64,000 nt of DNA, from contig JAJEBG010000051.1 of NCBI GenBank assembly GCA_022824005.1, forward strand, positions 5,143 to 69,142, given 5' to 3'. How positions within the stretch are numbered: position 1 is the stretch's first letter; the number at the start of each line of letters is the position of its first letter. The stretch is from Paracoccaceae bacterium. GTDB lineage: Bacteria > Pseudomonadota > Alphaproteobacteria > Rhodobacterales > Rhodobacteraceae. A program made the translations under genes and the position numbers. This document shows positions 32,755 to 41,235 of this stretch, in pieces. The notes under the pieces were generated by a model. That model ran no database searches and was not told the DNA's origin. It saw only the letters and a program-made list of their open reading frames with translations.

Positions 32755-33242
32755 GTGATGTGATCGCTTTTCATTTTCGACCGCGGCAAATTGTACGCAG
32801 AAGACTTCGTGAGACCTCTGGGGAAGGTCATGCGTTGATGTATCTTGTGGCCGCTTGTCTGCTTTTCTATATGGCCCAACTTCCCGAAATGGTGAGGCAA
32901 GATCTCCTCTCAACCTCTTCCGCCCCTCTCAATGCCGTGGCCGCGGCTCGGTTTCTTGGAGGCGCGATCCTTGCGCCCCTATTCTTTTATATTCTCGCCG
33001 CCTTCATTGGCTTGATTTGCCGCCTTCTCGGGTATTCATTGCCATGGTTTTATACCCGGATCGCGCTCTTTTGGCCTCTACTGGCCATCGCGCCCGCTTC
33101 GCTCATTGTGGGTATTCTGCGCGGCCTGACGCCATCAGCGACAATTTTATGGTCCGCATCTGTGGTTGTGGCGATGGGATTTGTCTTCTTTTGGGTTGTT
33201 TGCCTCATGGAGGCGGTCTTGTTGTGGCGAGAGGTATCTTGA
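32742..33242 (+). CDS. Polytopic membrane protein embedded in the suf operon (possibly Yip1-like)
   Basis: ATG 32742 overlaps the sufD 3' end by 13 nt, with GAGG 7 nt upstream. About 5 hydrophobic helices. N-terminal FHFRPRQIVRRRL motif. The family call is from memory only. Confidence 0.6.
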   Translation: MSTVSDVIAFHFRPRQIVRRRLRETSGEGHALMYLVAACLLFYMAQLPEMVRQDLLSTSSAPLNAVAAARFLGGAILAPLFFYILAAFIGLICRLLGYSLPWFYTRIALFWPLLAIAPASLIVGILRGLTPSATILWSASVVVAMGFVFFWVVCLMEAVLLWREVS

Positions 33243-33309
33243 AAGCGGTGCCGACGACCAAGGGGATCAATAGAGGTGCTGTCTTGGCCCAAGGCCTAAA
33301 AGAAAATCG

Positions 33310-33882
33310 ATGTTTAGACCGTTAATCCAATTTCTTTTTCTCACCATCATTTCACCGCAAAAGGGTGGAAGAATGTTGATGGGACTTGCGCTTCCGACGG
33401 CGAGTGTCGTTCAACTGGTCGCTTTGGTGATGGTTCTTGATACGATGGCCATTAACCTCAACCAGTTGCTGCATGAGAGCAGTGACATCAATACCAATCT
33501 TTTGGTTCTGATCCAGATATTTAGTTTTTTGACGATGATCCTTGGCACGTATTTTATTGGCAAATTGTTTGGCGGCACCGGCAGTTTTATCCACACAATC
33601 ATGATGCTCTGTTGGCTTAATTTGATTGTGGTTTTGTTTCAATTTCTGCAAGTCTTGGTGTCCGCTGTCGTCACATTCTTGCCCGCTCTAGGTTTCATTG
33701 GCGTCAGCATTCAGAGTTTGGTGACCGGATTCTCCCTCTTTCTGTTTTTCTGGCTCTATGTGCATTTTGTGAAAGTCGTCCATTCTTTCCATTCGGCGCT
33801 AAAGGTGTTCGGGGGGCTTCTTCTCTCGATACTGGTGATTGCCTTTGCGGTGATGGGATTGTTCAATTTGCTGATGATATGA
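33310..33882 (+). CDS. Second polytopic membrane protein embedded in the suf operon (possibly Yip1-like)
   Basis: 190 aa with about 5 hydrophobic helices and N-terminal MFRPLIQF...SPQKGGRML. An alternative start is ATG 33373, which has AGGGTGGA upstream. sufS follows after 15 nt. Confidence 0.55.
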   Translation: MFRPLIQFLFLTIISPQKGGRMLMGLALPTASVVQLVALVMVLDTMAINLNQLLHESSDINTNLLVLIQIFSFLTMILGTYFIGKLFGGTGSFIHTIMMLCWLNLIVVLFQFLQVLVSAVVTFLPALGFIGVSIQSLVTGFSLFLFFWLYVHFVKVVHSFHSALKVFGGLLLSILVIAFAVMGLFNLLMI

Positions 33883-33897
33883 GAGGAGTGTCGCACC

Positions 33898-35118
33898 ATG
33901 TATCACGTTAAAAAGGTGAGAGACGATTTTCCCATTCTCTCCAAATTAGTGAATGGCAAACCACTGGTTTATCTTGACAACGCCGCGTCGGCGCAGAAGC
34001 CACAAGTCGTAATTGATGCCATCGTCACGGCGTACACAGAGGAATATGCCAATGTGCACCGAGGCCTCCACTATTTGTCAAATTTGGCCACCGACAAATT
34101 TGAGGCGGTGCGTGGCAAGATAAAAGAATTTATCAACGCCGAACATGATGACGAAATCATCTATACGACCGGTAGCACCGAGGGCATTAATATGGTGGCG
34201 TTTGGTTGGGGTATGCCGAACCTCAAGGCTGGCGATGAAATCGTTCTCTCTGTGCTTGAACATCACGCCAATATTATTCCTTGGCATTTTTTGCGTGAAC
34301 GACAGGGGATTCGACTGATTTGGGTCGAGCCCGAAGATGACGGATCACTTGATACGCAGAAAGTCGCGGATGCCATTTCACCCAAGACTCGACTGGTCGC
34401 GATCAGTCATCTTTCTAATGTGACAGGATGTCGGGTTGATATCCGTAGAATCAGCGAAATCGCCCATAAGAACGGGGTTGTGGTCCTCGTTGATGGCTCT
34501 CAATCTTGTGTTCATATGCCCATTGATGTCCAACAGCTGGGCTGCGATTTTTTTGCCATCACCGGGCATAAACTCTACGGGCCCTCGGCTTCTGGAGCCC
34601 TTTATGCCTGCCGCTCGCGCCTAAAAGAGATGCAACCTTTCAAAGGTGGAGGCAATATGATTCATGAGGTCGGGCGGGAGACCATCACTTATGGCGCGCC
34701 GCCGACGATGTTTGAGGCCGGTACACCCGCCATTGTTGAGATGATTGGACTAGGCGTGGCGGTGGATTATCTTCAAGATTTGGGTATGGTGAATATTGAG
34801 CGCCATGAAGAAGAAATCGTGGCTTACGCGAGTCGACAATTTGCCAACGAACCGTGGATTCAATTGCAAGGGGCCGCGCAAAAGAATGCCGCTATCTTTT
34901 CGTTTACGCTTGATTGCCCGGCCCATCCGCATGATATTTCGACCATTCTCGACCAGCAGGGAATCGCCATTCGTGCCGGTCATCACTGTGCCCAACCCTT
35001 GATGAGCTTTCTTGGAGTCTCGGCCACCTGTCGGGCGTCGTTTGGACTTTACAACACCAAGGAAGAAGTCGACGCTCTTATCGAAGGGCTTCGCGTTTGC
35101 CGTGACCTGTTCTCATAA
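33898..35118 (+). CDS. sufS: Cysteine desulfurase SufS (group II)
   Basis: 406 aa; YLDNAASAQKP...HKLYGPSASGALY...RAGHHCAQPLM are SufS signatures. GAGGAG SD upstream. Confidence 0.96.
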   Translation: MYHVKKVRDDFPILSKLVNGKPLVYLDNAASAQKPQVVIDAIVTAYTEEYANVHRGLHYLSNLATDKFEAVRGKIKEFINAEHDDEIIYTTGSTEGINMVAFGWGMPNLKAGDEIVLSVLEHHANIIPWHFLRERQGIRLIWVEPEDDGSLDTQKVADAISPKTRLVAISHLSNVTGCRVDIRRISEIAHKNGVVVLVDGSQSCVHMPIDVQQLGCDFFAITGHKLYGPSASGALYACRSRLKEMQPFKGGGNMIHEVGRETITYGAPPTMFEAGTPAIVEMIGLGVAVDYLQDLGMVNIERHEEEIVAYASRQFANEPWIQLQGAAQKNAAIFSFTLDCPAHPHDISTILDQQGIAIRAGHHCAQPLMSFLGVSATCRASFGLYNTKEEVDALIEGLRVCRDLFS

Positions 35119-35190
35119 GAGTCAGAAGAGACGGCCCTTTTTGTGGTGGCGAGAATACGGCGGCCAAATCCCTCCGTTGAAGGGGTTGGC

Positions 35191-36072
35191 GTGAAAGGGA
35201 TTGTCATTGCCGGTGGGATGGGAACTCGGGTCCATCCGTTGACACTCTCAACTAGCAAATGTTTGCTTCCGGTTTACAACAAGCCGATGGTTTACTACCC
35301 GGTCAGTGCCCTGATGATGGCGGGAATCAGAGATCTGTTGGTCATATCGCGACCACGCGACCGAGCGGCCTACGAATTCTTGTTTCGTGATGGCACCGAT
35401 TGGGGAATGCGGATCACCTATGGCGAGCAGCCGGATCCGAGAGGGGGAATTGCTGAAGCTTTCCTGATTGGCGAAGCTTTTGTCGGTGATGAATCCTGTG
35501 CGTTGGTTCTCGGTGACAATGTATTCATGGGGGACGGTTTGCCCGCCCATCTACAAAACGTGGCTTCTCCAATTAAGGGAGCGACGATATTTGTGACGAG
35601 AGTTAAACAGCCGGAACATTATGGAATCGTCACCTTTGATTCGTCTGATCAGCCGATAAGAATTGAAGAAAAACCGTCAAATCCAAGCTCAAACTGGGCC
35701 GTCACCGGGCTTTATTTTTATGACAATCAGGTGCTTGATATCGCCCGACAATTGCAACCAAGCGCGCGGGGAGAACTGGAGATTTCTGACATCAATCAAA
35801 CCTTTTTAAGTTGGGAAATATTGTGTGTTGAGCGGCTTGGCGAGGACGTCACTTGGTTTGATGCCGGCACTATTGAGAGTTTGTATCAAGCGACAAGTCA
35901 TGTCCGCCAAGTTGAACGCCATTCTGGACAACCCGTTGGGTTTCCTGAATTGGTGGCGCTCGCCAATGGCTGGATCGATCATCATCAGGTCAGCCGTCTC
36001 GGTGAGAGGTATAAACACAGCCATTACGGTCGTTTTCTGAAGAGGTTTAGCGAGCGAGCGGACACTCAATGA
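35191..36072 (+). CDS. rfbA: Glucose-1-phosphate thymidylyltransferase
   Basis: GTG 35191 with GAAGGGG upstream. [36 protein letters not shown]...LVLGDNVF...[11 protein letters not shown] aligns with RmlA along its whole length. Confidence 0.9.
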   Translation: MKGIVIAGGMGTRVHPLTLSTSKCLLPVYNKPMVYYPVSALMMAGIRDLLVISRPRDRAAYEFLFRDGTDWGMRITYGEQPDPRGGIAEAFLIGEAFVGDESCALVLGDNVFMGDGLPAHLQNVASPIKGATIFVTRVKQPEHYGIVTFDSSDQPIRIEEKPSNPSSNWAVTGLYFYDNQVLDIARQLQPSARGELEISDINQTFLSWEILCVERLGEDVTWFDAGTIESLYQATSHVRQVERHSGQPVGFPELVALANGWIDHHQVSRLGERYKHSHYGRFLKRFSERADTQ

Positions 36073-36140
36073 AGTCTGCAAGCCGTCGATTTAAATTTCT
36101 TGCTTTCAACGGAAAGACCGAGTAGCATTCTTTGGCAAGA

Positions 36141-36217
<77 letters not shown>

Positions 36218-36237
36218 CAATCAATAATGGCGAATTT

Positions 36238-37314
36238 GTGCTTCAATTCGACTCAGTTATTCATCTTGGTATCCTAAAGACGATTTTAGACGGCGTGCCT
36301 GAACCCGTTCTTGTTGTTGATCGTCGCATGCATATCGTGTTGGTCAATAACGCCGCCACAGATCTTTGTGGAGCCAATCTGGTGGGGCAACTGGTGGTGG
36401 CGGCTTTTCGTCATCCCAATGCCATTGATTGTTTGAGTGAAGCGGCGCAAGAGCGCCAGCCTCGAGAAACACGGGTGACATTGTCAGAAAGTGGAAACGA
36501 CACACAATTCCGCTTTCTTGTCTCGCCGGTGCAGGTGGATGATGTCGAGGATTTTCGATTGGTGATCACTTTAAGGGATGTCAGTCAAACTGACGATGCG
36601 GAACAGATGCGTCGAAGTTTTATTGCCAATGTCAGCCACGAACTTCGGTCGCCCTTGTCAGCGTTGATGACCTGTGCGGAGACGTTGCGTAACGTGCGGC
36701 CTGATGACCGAGACACTCAGCACACATTTCTTGATATCTTAAGTCAAGAAACACAGCGAATGAACCGTCTTGTGAGCGACCTGCTCTCGCTGTCTAAGGT
36801 CGAAGCCAATGAGCGCATCCGACCTACCACACCTGTCAGGATTGATGAATTACTCGCATCGGTGATACGAACCATGCAAAAGTTGGCCGAGGCTCAACAA
36901 TCTGATTTGCAGTTAATCATTGATGATTCAAATGACTTTCAAGTGAACGGTGATGCCGATCAATTGCGTCAGGTCTTTGTCAACCTGATAGAGAATTCAC
37001 TCAAATACGGCCGAGTTGGCGGCCGTGTGGAATTGTCTTGTCAACATGTGACTGATCCAGAAGAAGAGAATCATGCCTACGTGGTGGTTAATGTCAGCGA
37101 TGAAGGGACGGGCATTGACTCCATACATCTTCCTCGATTGACAGAACGGTTTTACCGTGTCGACGATCACCGCTCCCGAGCCGTTGGCGGCACCGGCCTC
37201 GGGTTGGCAATCGTCAAACATGTCGTGCAACGTCACCGCGGACATCTCTCGATACAAAGTCAATTGGGGCAGGGGAGTGTGTTTCAAGTGAAGTTACCAA
37301 TGTTAAGAAACTGA
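36238..37314 (+). CDS. phoR: Phosphate-regulon sensor histidine kinase PhoR, soluble form (no TM segment)
   Basis: GTG start 20 nt after the tRNA. PAS-like N-terminus, H-box [13 protein letters not shown], and HATPase N/G boxes ([21 protein letters not shown]). Context is pstB-phoU-phoB. Confidence 0.85.
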   Translation: MLQFDSVIHLGILKTILDGVPEPVLVVDRRMHIVLVNNAATDLCGANLVGQLVVAAFRHPNAIDCLSEAAQERQPRETRVTLSESGNDTQFRFLVSPVQVDDVEDFRLVITLRDVSQTDDAEQMRRSFIANVSHELRSPLSALMTCAETLRNVRPDDRDTQHTFLDILSQETQRMNRLVSDLLSLSKVEANERIRPTTPVRIDELLASVIRTMQKLAEAQQSDLQLIIDDSNDFQVNGDADQLRQVFVNLIENSLKYGRVGGRVELSCQHVTDPEEENHAYVVVNVSDEGTGIDSIHLPRLTERFYRVDDHRSRAVGGTGLGLAIVKHVVQRHRGHLSIQSQLGQGSVFQVKLPMLRN

Positions 37315-37343
37315 TGTTCTACCCGCCATTACAGGACACATGA

Positions 37344-37361
37344 TTGTCATAAATTTGACAT
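37344..37361 (+). promoter_or_regulatory. Pho box (PhoB binding site) upstream of pstB
   Basis: TTGTCAT-AAAT-TTGACAT is two 7-bp direct repeats with a 4-bp spacer. It is close to the CTGTCAT-N4-CTGTCAT consensus. It lies about 76 nt upstream of the pstB ATG, and GAATAT sits about 10 nt downstream as a possible -10. Confidence 0.6.
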
Positions 37362-37389
37362 ATTTCTGCCGAATATGTGAGTTAAATCA

Positions 37390-37406
37390 TGAGTCGAGTC
37401 GACTCA
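37390..37406. repeat. 17-bp palindrome containing three abutting GANTC (CcrM-type) sites in the pstB leader
   Basis: TGAGTCGAGTCGACTCA contains GAGTC, GAGTC and GACTC back to back. The arms TGAGTCGA/TCGACTCA are a perfect 8-bp inverted repeat. Confidence 0.5.
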
Positions 37407-37436
37407 ATATGAGAGAGCGCTAGGAGCAGGCGAGGA

Positions 37437-38234
37437 ATGGAGATATCGCGCATATCGCAGGCCGATGTTCAAAATGGGGCCATAAAAATCGCTGCCCGCG
37501 ATGTCTGCGTCTATTACGCTGAAGAGCAGGCTCTCTATAACGTATCTCTTGACATTCAAGACACCATGGTCACCGCGTTGATTGGCCCATCAGGGTGCGG
37601 AAAATCGACATTTATCCGTTGCTTGAATCGAATGAATGATACGATTGAGACCTGTCGGGTTGAAGGCACAATTGAGCTTGATGGGGTCGATATCCACGGT
37701 CGAAATATTGATCCTGTGCAACTCCGGGCGAGGGTGGGTATGGTGTTTCAGAAACCCAATCCGTTTCCCAAATCAATCTACGATAATGTCGCTTATGGGC
37801 CGCGAATTCATGGTTTGGCCGATACAAGAGAAGAACTTGACGGGATTGTGCAATTGTCACTGGAGAAGGCTGCTCTTTGGGAGGAGGTCAAGGACCGGCT
37901 TCACGCCCCTGGCACGGGTCTTTCGGGCGGACAGCAACAGAGATTATGCATCGCGCGGGCGATTTCCACCAGACCTGAACTCCTCTTAATGGATGAGCCG
38001 TGTTCAGCGCTTGACCCCATTGCGACATCGCAAATTGAAGAATTGATTGGCCAGTTGCGTGAAAGTTTTTCGGTCGTAATCGTCACCCATTCCATGCAAC
38101 AGGCGGCTCGAGTCAGCCAAAAAACGGCGTTTTTTCATCTTGGGTCACTCGTTGAGGTGAATGAAACGGAAGCTATTTTCACCAATCCTCAGGATGAACG
38201 AACAGAGAGTTATATTACAGGCCGGATCGGATAG
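37437..38234 (+). CDS. pstB: Phosphate ABC transporter ATP-binding protein PstB
   Basis: 265 aa with Walker [24 protein letters not shown] and typical PstB flanks ([18 protein letters not shown]). Confidence 0.96.
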   Translation: MEISRISQADVQNGAIKIAARDVCVYYAEEQALYNVSLDIQDTMVTALIGPSGCGKSTFIRCLNRMNDTIETCRVEGTIELDGVDIHGRNIDPVQLRARVGMVFQKPNPFPKSIYDNVAYGPRIHGLADTREELDGIVQLSLEKAALWEEVKDRLHAPGTGLSGGQQQRLCIARAISTRPELLLMDEPCSALDPIATSQIEELIGQLRESFSVVIVTHSMQQAARVSQKTAFFHLGSLVEVNETEAIFTNPQDERTESYITGRIG

Positions 38235-38240
38235 GATGGC

Positions 38241-38963
38241 ATGATTCTAGATTCAAAACATATTAATTCGGCGTTTGACGAAGACTTAGACCGCTTGCTG
38301 ACACAGCTGATGACGATGGGAGGTCTGGTCGAGAATGCCATTCGCGAATCATCGCGAGCCCTTATCAATCTTGATACAGAACTCGCCGAAAGCGTTATCA
38401 AGGATGATCATAGGATTGATCTGATTCAGGAAGACATTGACATGGCAGCGGTCAATTGCATCGCGCTTCGGCAACCACAAGCCCGTGACTTACGTATGAT
38501 CATCGCCGTCATGCGCATTTCCAACGCGTTGGAACGTTGCGCTGACCATGCCAAAAACACTGCCAAACGGACCTCGGCCATCGTTGAAGCCCCGCCGTTG
38601 ACCGAGACGATCGCATCGCTAGGCCGCTTCTCCAAATTGGTCCAAGCGCTCATAAAGGACTCGCTCGATTGTTTCATTCAAGCCGATGAGTCAAAGGCCC
38701 GAGATGTGATTGCACGCGATCATGAAATCGATCAGATACACAGTGGTTTGTTCCGTGAATATCTCACCTATATGCTTGAAAAACCATCGATTATCACTTC
38801 AACCATGCATTTGATGTTTATCGCCAAGAATATTGAAAGAATCAGCGATCACGCGACGGCCATCGCCGAACAGGCGGTTTACATGATGACAGGCCACCTT
38901 CCAGAAGACGAAAGACCTAAGAATGATGATGCCGCTTATGTTGCCTCAGCCGACCAAGACTGA
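38241..38963 (+). CDS. phoU: Phosphate signalling complex protein PhoU
   Basis: 240 aa with two PhoU repeats (ERCADHAKN / ERISDHATAIAE). Confidence 0.94.
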   Translation: MILDSKHINSAFDEDLDRLLTQLMTMGGLVENAIRESSRALINLDTELAESVIKDDHRIDLIQEDIDMAAVNCIALRQPQARDLRMIIAVMRISNALERCADHAKNTAKRTSAIVEAPPLTETIASLGRFSKLVQALIKDSLDCFIQADESKARDVIARDHEIDQIHSGLFREYLTYMLEKPSIITSTMHLMFIAKNIERISDHATAIAEQAVYMMTGHLPEDERPKNDDAAYVASADQD

Positions 38964-38974
38964 GTGTTTCTCCA

Positions 38975-39664
38975 GTGACTGAACGAGACCCGGTTATTCT
39001 GATTGCTGAAGACGATTTGGCTCAGCAGAAGTTGCTCATTTACAATGTGGAGCGAGAAGGATTTGTGGCTATTGGTGCTGAGACAGGAGAAGAGGCGTAC
39101 CAACAGTTGAAATTGCACGATCCTGATATTGTCATTCTTGATTGGATGATGCCCGGGATTAATGGAATCAAACTCTGCAAAATCATCAAAGGTGATCGCA
39201 AGACTCGCAACATTCCCGTCTTGATGATTTCTGCACGCACCGAGGAAGAGGATCGGGTGAGGGGACTCGATTCAGGTGCCGATGATTATCTTATCAAACC
39301 GTACTCAATATCCGAACTATTGGCCCGTGTGCGCGCTTTGCTGCGTCGCGCCCGGCCCACGATCGCTGGCACCCGATTAACCTATGAGGATATTGAGCTT
39401 GATCCCGTGCGACACCTTGTCACACGCAACGATAATCGGATCGAGCTTCGCCCGACGGAGTATCGGTTGCTTGAAGCCTTCATTGAACATCCAGGCCGCG
39501 TATGGTCTCGGCAACAATTGCTTGATCGTGTCTGGGGTCGCCATATCTTTGTTGAAGATAGAACCGTGGATGTCCATGTGGGGCGCCTTCGTAAAGCGCT
39601 CTGCGAAAATGGTGGATCGGATCCGTTTCGTACCGTTCGTGGTGTAGGATATTCTCTTGGCTAG
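38975..39664 (+). CDS. phoB: Phosphate regulon response regulator PhoB (OmpR family)
   Basis: Receiver domain (ILIAEDD...DWMMPG...K) plus an OmpR winged-helix (TEYRLLEAFIEHPGRVWSRQQLLDRVWG...RTVDVHVGRLRKAL). Confidence 0.95.
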   Translation: MTERDPVILIAEDDLAQQKLLIYNVEREGFVAIGAETGEEAYQQLKLHDPDIVILDWMMPGINGIKLCKIIKGDRKTRNIPVLMISARTEEEDRVRGLDSGADDYLIKPYSISELLARVRALLRRARPTIAGTRLTYEDIELDPVRHLVTRNDNRIELRPTEYRLLEAFIEHPGRVWSRQQLLDRVWGRHIFVEDRTVDVHVGRLRKALCENGGSDPFRTVRGVGYSLG

Positions 39665-39827
39665 GTGAGAGCTCACCGCACTAATAAGGATAGGAAACTT
39701 ATGACCTACGACAATTCAGACGATTATTCCCTCATCTATCATTTACAAATGGCAAGTAAGGCAAGCCGTTCCCCTTGTATCAAAAGGGATTGTGAACACG
39801 CGACACTGGCGGTTGAGAAAGGGCGAT

Positions 39828-40103
39828 ATGAGCAACCGATACGCCGCTCCAGTGCCTATATGCTATGAATATGGAGATTATCACGTACACAAAGACGCGT
39901 CTATTAAACAGGCTACAAAAAACGCAAGAAGTTGTGCGGTAAACAGATGCCCCAGCAGCCTAATAGTTTACACGGACGAGTTTACTGGGGAACCTATAGG
40001 AGCACGAATGAAAGTAGAAGAGTGTATGGCAAGACAACATAATGGCCGCACGTGGTATAACTGTTTGGTTAAGTATGGTGTGCAGTGCCGCCCAAGACCC
40101 TAA
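39828..40103 (+). CDS. Hypothetical 91-aa Cys-rich protein (orphan)
   Basis: ATG 39828 preceded by GAGAAAGGG. Sequence is MSNRYAAPVPICYEYGDYHVHKD...CAVNRCPSS...EECMARQHNGRTWYNCLVKYGVQCRPRP, with 6 Cys. No family recognised. The ORF track starts at GTG 39792. Confidence 0.35.
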   Translation: MSNRYAAPVPICYEYGDYHVHKDASIKQATKNARSCAVNRCPSSLIVYTDEFTGEPIGARMKVEECMARQHNGRTWYNCLVKYGVQCRPRP

Positions 40104-40203
40104 ACCATTGGGGGAATGAGATGTTGCGGCTTGACCGCGAATTCTGAACAGTCTGCCGAAAGGCAGAGTGGATTTAAGCGGAAGTCAGATGGAAGCTGGT
40201 GAG

Positions 40204-40237
40204 GCGCGGGGCACACCAACCCCCGCGCTTTCTCTTT
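40204..40237 (+). terminator. Rho-independent terminator (plus-strand orientation)
   Basis: GCGCGGGG-cacaccaac-CCCCGCGC is an 8-bp all-GC stem, followed by TTTCTCTTT. It lies about 100 nt after the 39828..40103 ORF. Confidence 0.7.
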
Positions 40238-40320
40238 GACCAGCGCGACGCGATGGACGTTAAGCAATCCGGTTCCTGTTCCCCACGGGCGCAGGCAGAT
40301 CGGCGGCGCAGGAAGCCGCG

Positions 40321-40644
40321 TCACTCGCTAAGGCAACCTTTCATCACCTTAGCCAGAAATTCTCGTTCCTCAGAAACCGGAGTTAAATAGGCTAGACTCG
40401 AATATTCCTGCGCTATGGCCTTGATAAATTCGTCCGGCCAATTGGGAAACGTTGCAACTATTTCAGCCGCAACTGCAATTTCGATCTCAAGCCTAGACAG
40501 GCCTGCACGACGATCATCAAAGGCCTGTTCGTACCACTCCACAGTCAACACACACGCTTCAACCAGGGTTGAGGCCGTGACCGGAGTTGCCAGCAGCGCC
40601 ATTAAGGCGGTCAGAATCGAAACGCGCGTCATAGTTCTATCCAT
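40321..40644 (-). CDS. Hypothetical small secreted protein (107 aa)
   Basis: N-terminus MDRTMTRVSILTALMALLATPVTA/ST looks like a signal peptide. The mature part has 2 Cys near its two ends. No family recognised. Confidence 0.5.
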   Translation of the reverse strand: MDRTMTRVSILTALMALLATPVTASTLVEACVLTVEWYEQAFDDRRAGLSRLEIEIAVAAEIVATFPNWPDEFIKAIAQEYSSLAYLTPVSEEREFLAKVMKGCLSE

Positions 40645-40887
40645 TCAGAATTCCAAATCCAGCCGCAACCAACAAGGGAAGTTTTCTCTCAGCCACCTTT
40701 GCGGCGGAACACTACTCACTTACTCAAATACCCGGACCGCAAGTGCGCCGCATTTAACATAATGGATTTTATCCGCCCTTGCGCCCGCGCCACGGCGTTT
40801 GCGTCCGGCTTCTAGCCCCATGACGCGCCCAACGCAAGCCGCCTGGCAGGCGCGCTATTATGAAGTTGGCATAAGTGTCTAGATCGT

Positions 40888-41103
40888 TCATTGTGAAGCT
40901 CCCGCCTGTGTCGCGGCCTTTGCGGCTTCGGCCATGCTGCCTTGTTTAACCACATCAAGAACCATTGAGATGGTCTCGCTCTTGGAAGGGGGTTTATAAT
41001 TCGTATCTTGTGCGATTTGATGGCGCAGGCGATCGACCACGGCGGCATGTTGTGCTGAAAGCCGAATGACATGCGGCTTCTACCTAAATGTCTTTTTGTT
41101 CAT
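40888..41103 (-). pseudogene. Ribbon-helix-helix-like gene interrupted by an in-frame TAG (codon 8)
   Basis: My translation is MNKKTFR*KPHVIRLSAQHAAVVDRLRHQIAQDTNYKPPSKSETISMVLDVVKQGSMAEAAKAATQAGASQ*, with the TAG at 41082-41080. It shows a beta-strand-like segment followed by two helix-like segments. Its TGA overlaps the ATG of a 40-aa stub ORF (40891..40769). Confidence 0.35.
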
Positions 41104-41235
41104 TGTGTTTTAATGTGTGCTCGTTATCCGCTCTTTTGGCAAATATGCCGATAATATATATTATGTTAACTTTGCAATCCTTGCAAAAGGGTTGATGTTC
41201 AAGTTAGGTTGAGTGTGTTCTATTGAGATCTTCAA

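Noticed and set aside
33310-33882. Apparently lower GC of the second suf-embedded membrane gene as a sign of horizontal transfer.
   Set aside because: The composition is explained by the Phe/Ile/Leu-rich membrane protein sequence. The gene is tightly packed within the operon.
40100-40330. Possible tRNA-like or two-piece tmRNA remnant. On the minus strand the GC hairpin is followed by CTCACCA, and a nearby frame reads ...SEFAV..., reminiscent of alphaproteobacterial tmRNA tags.
   Set aside because: The loop (TTGGTGTG, 8 nt) is not a T-loop (no TTC-purine-A). No acceptor-stem partner exists. The putative tag does not end in the usual (L/V)AA and continues for many codons. The hairpin plus U tract is better explained as a plus-strand terminator.
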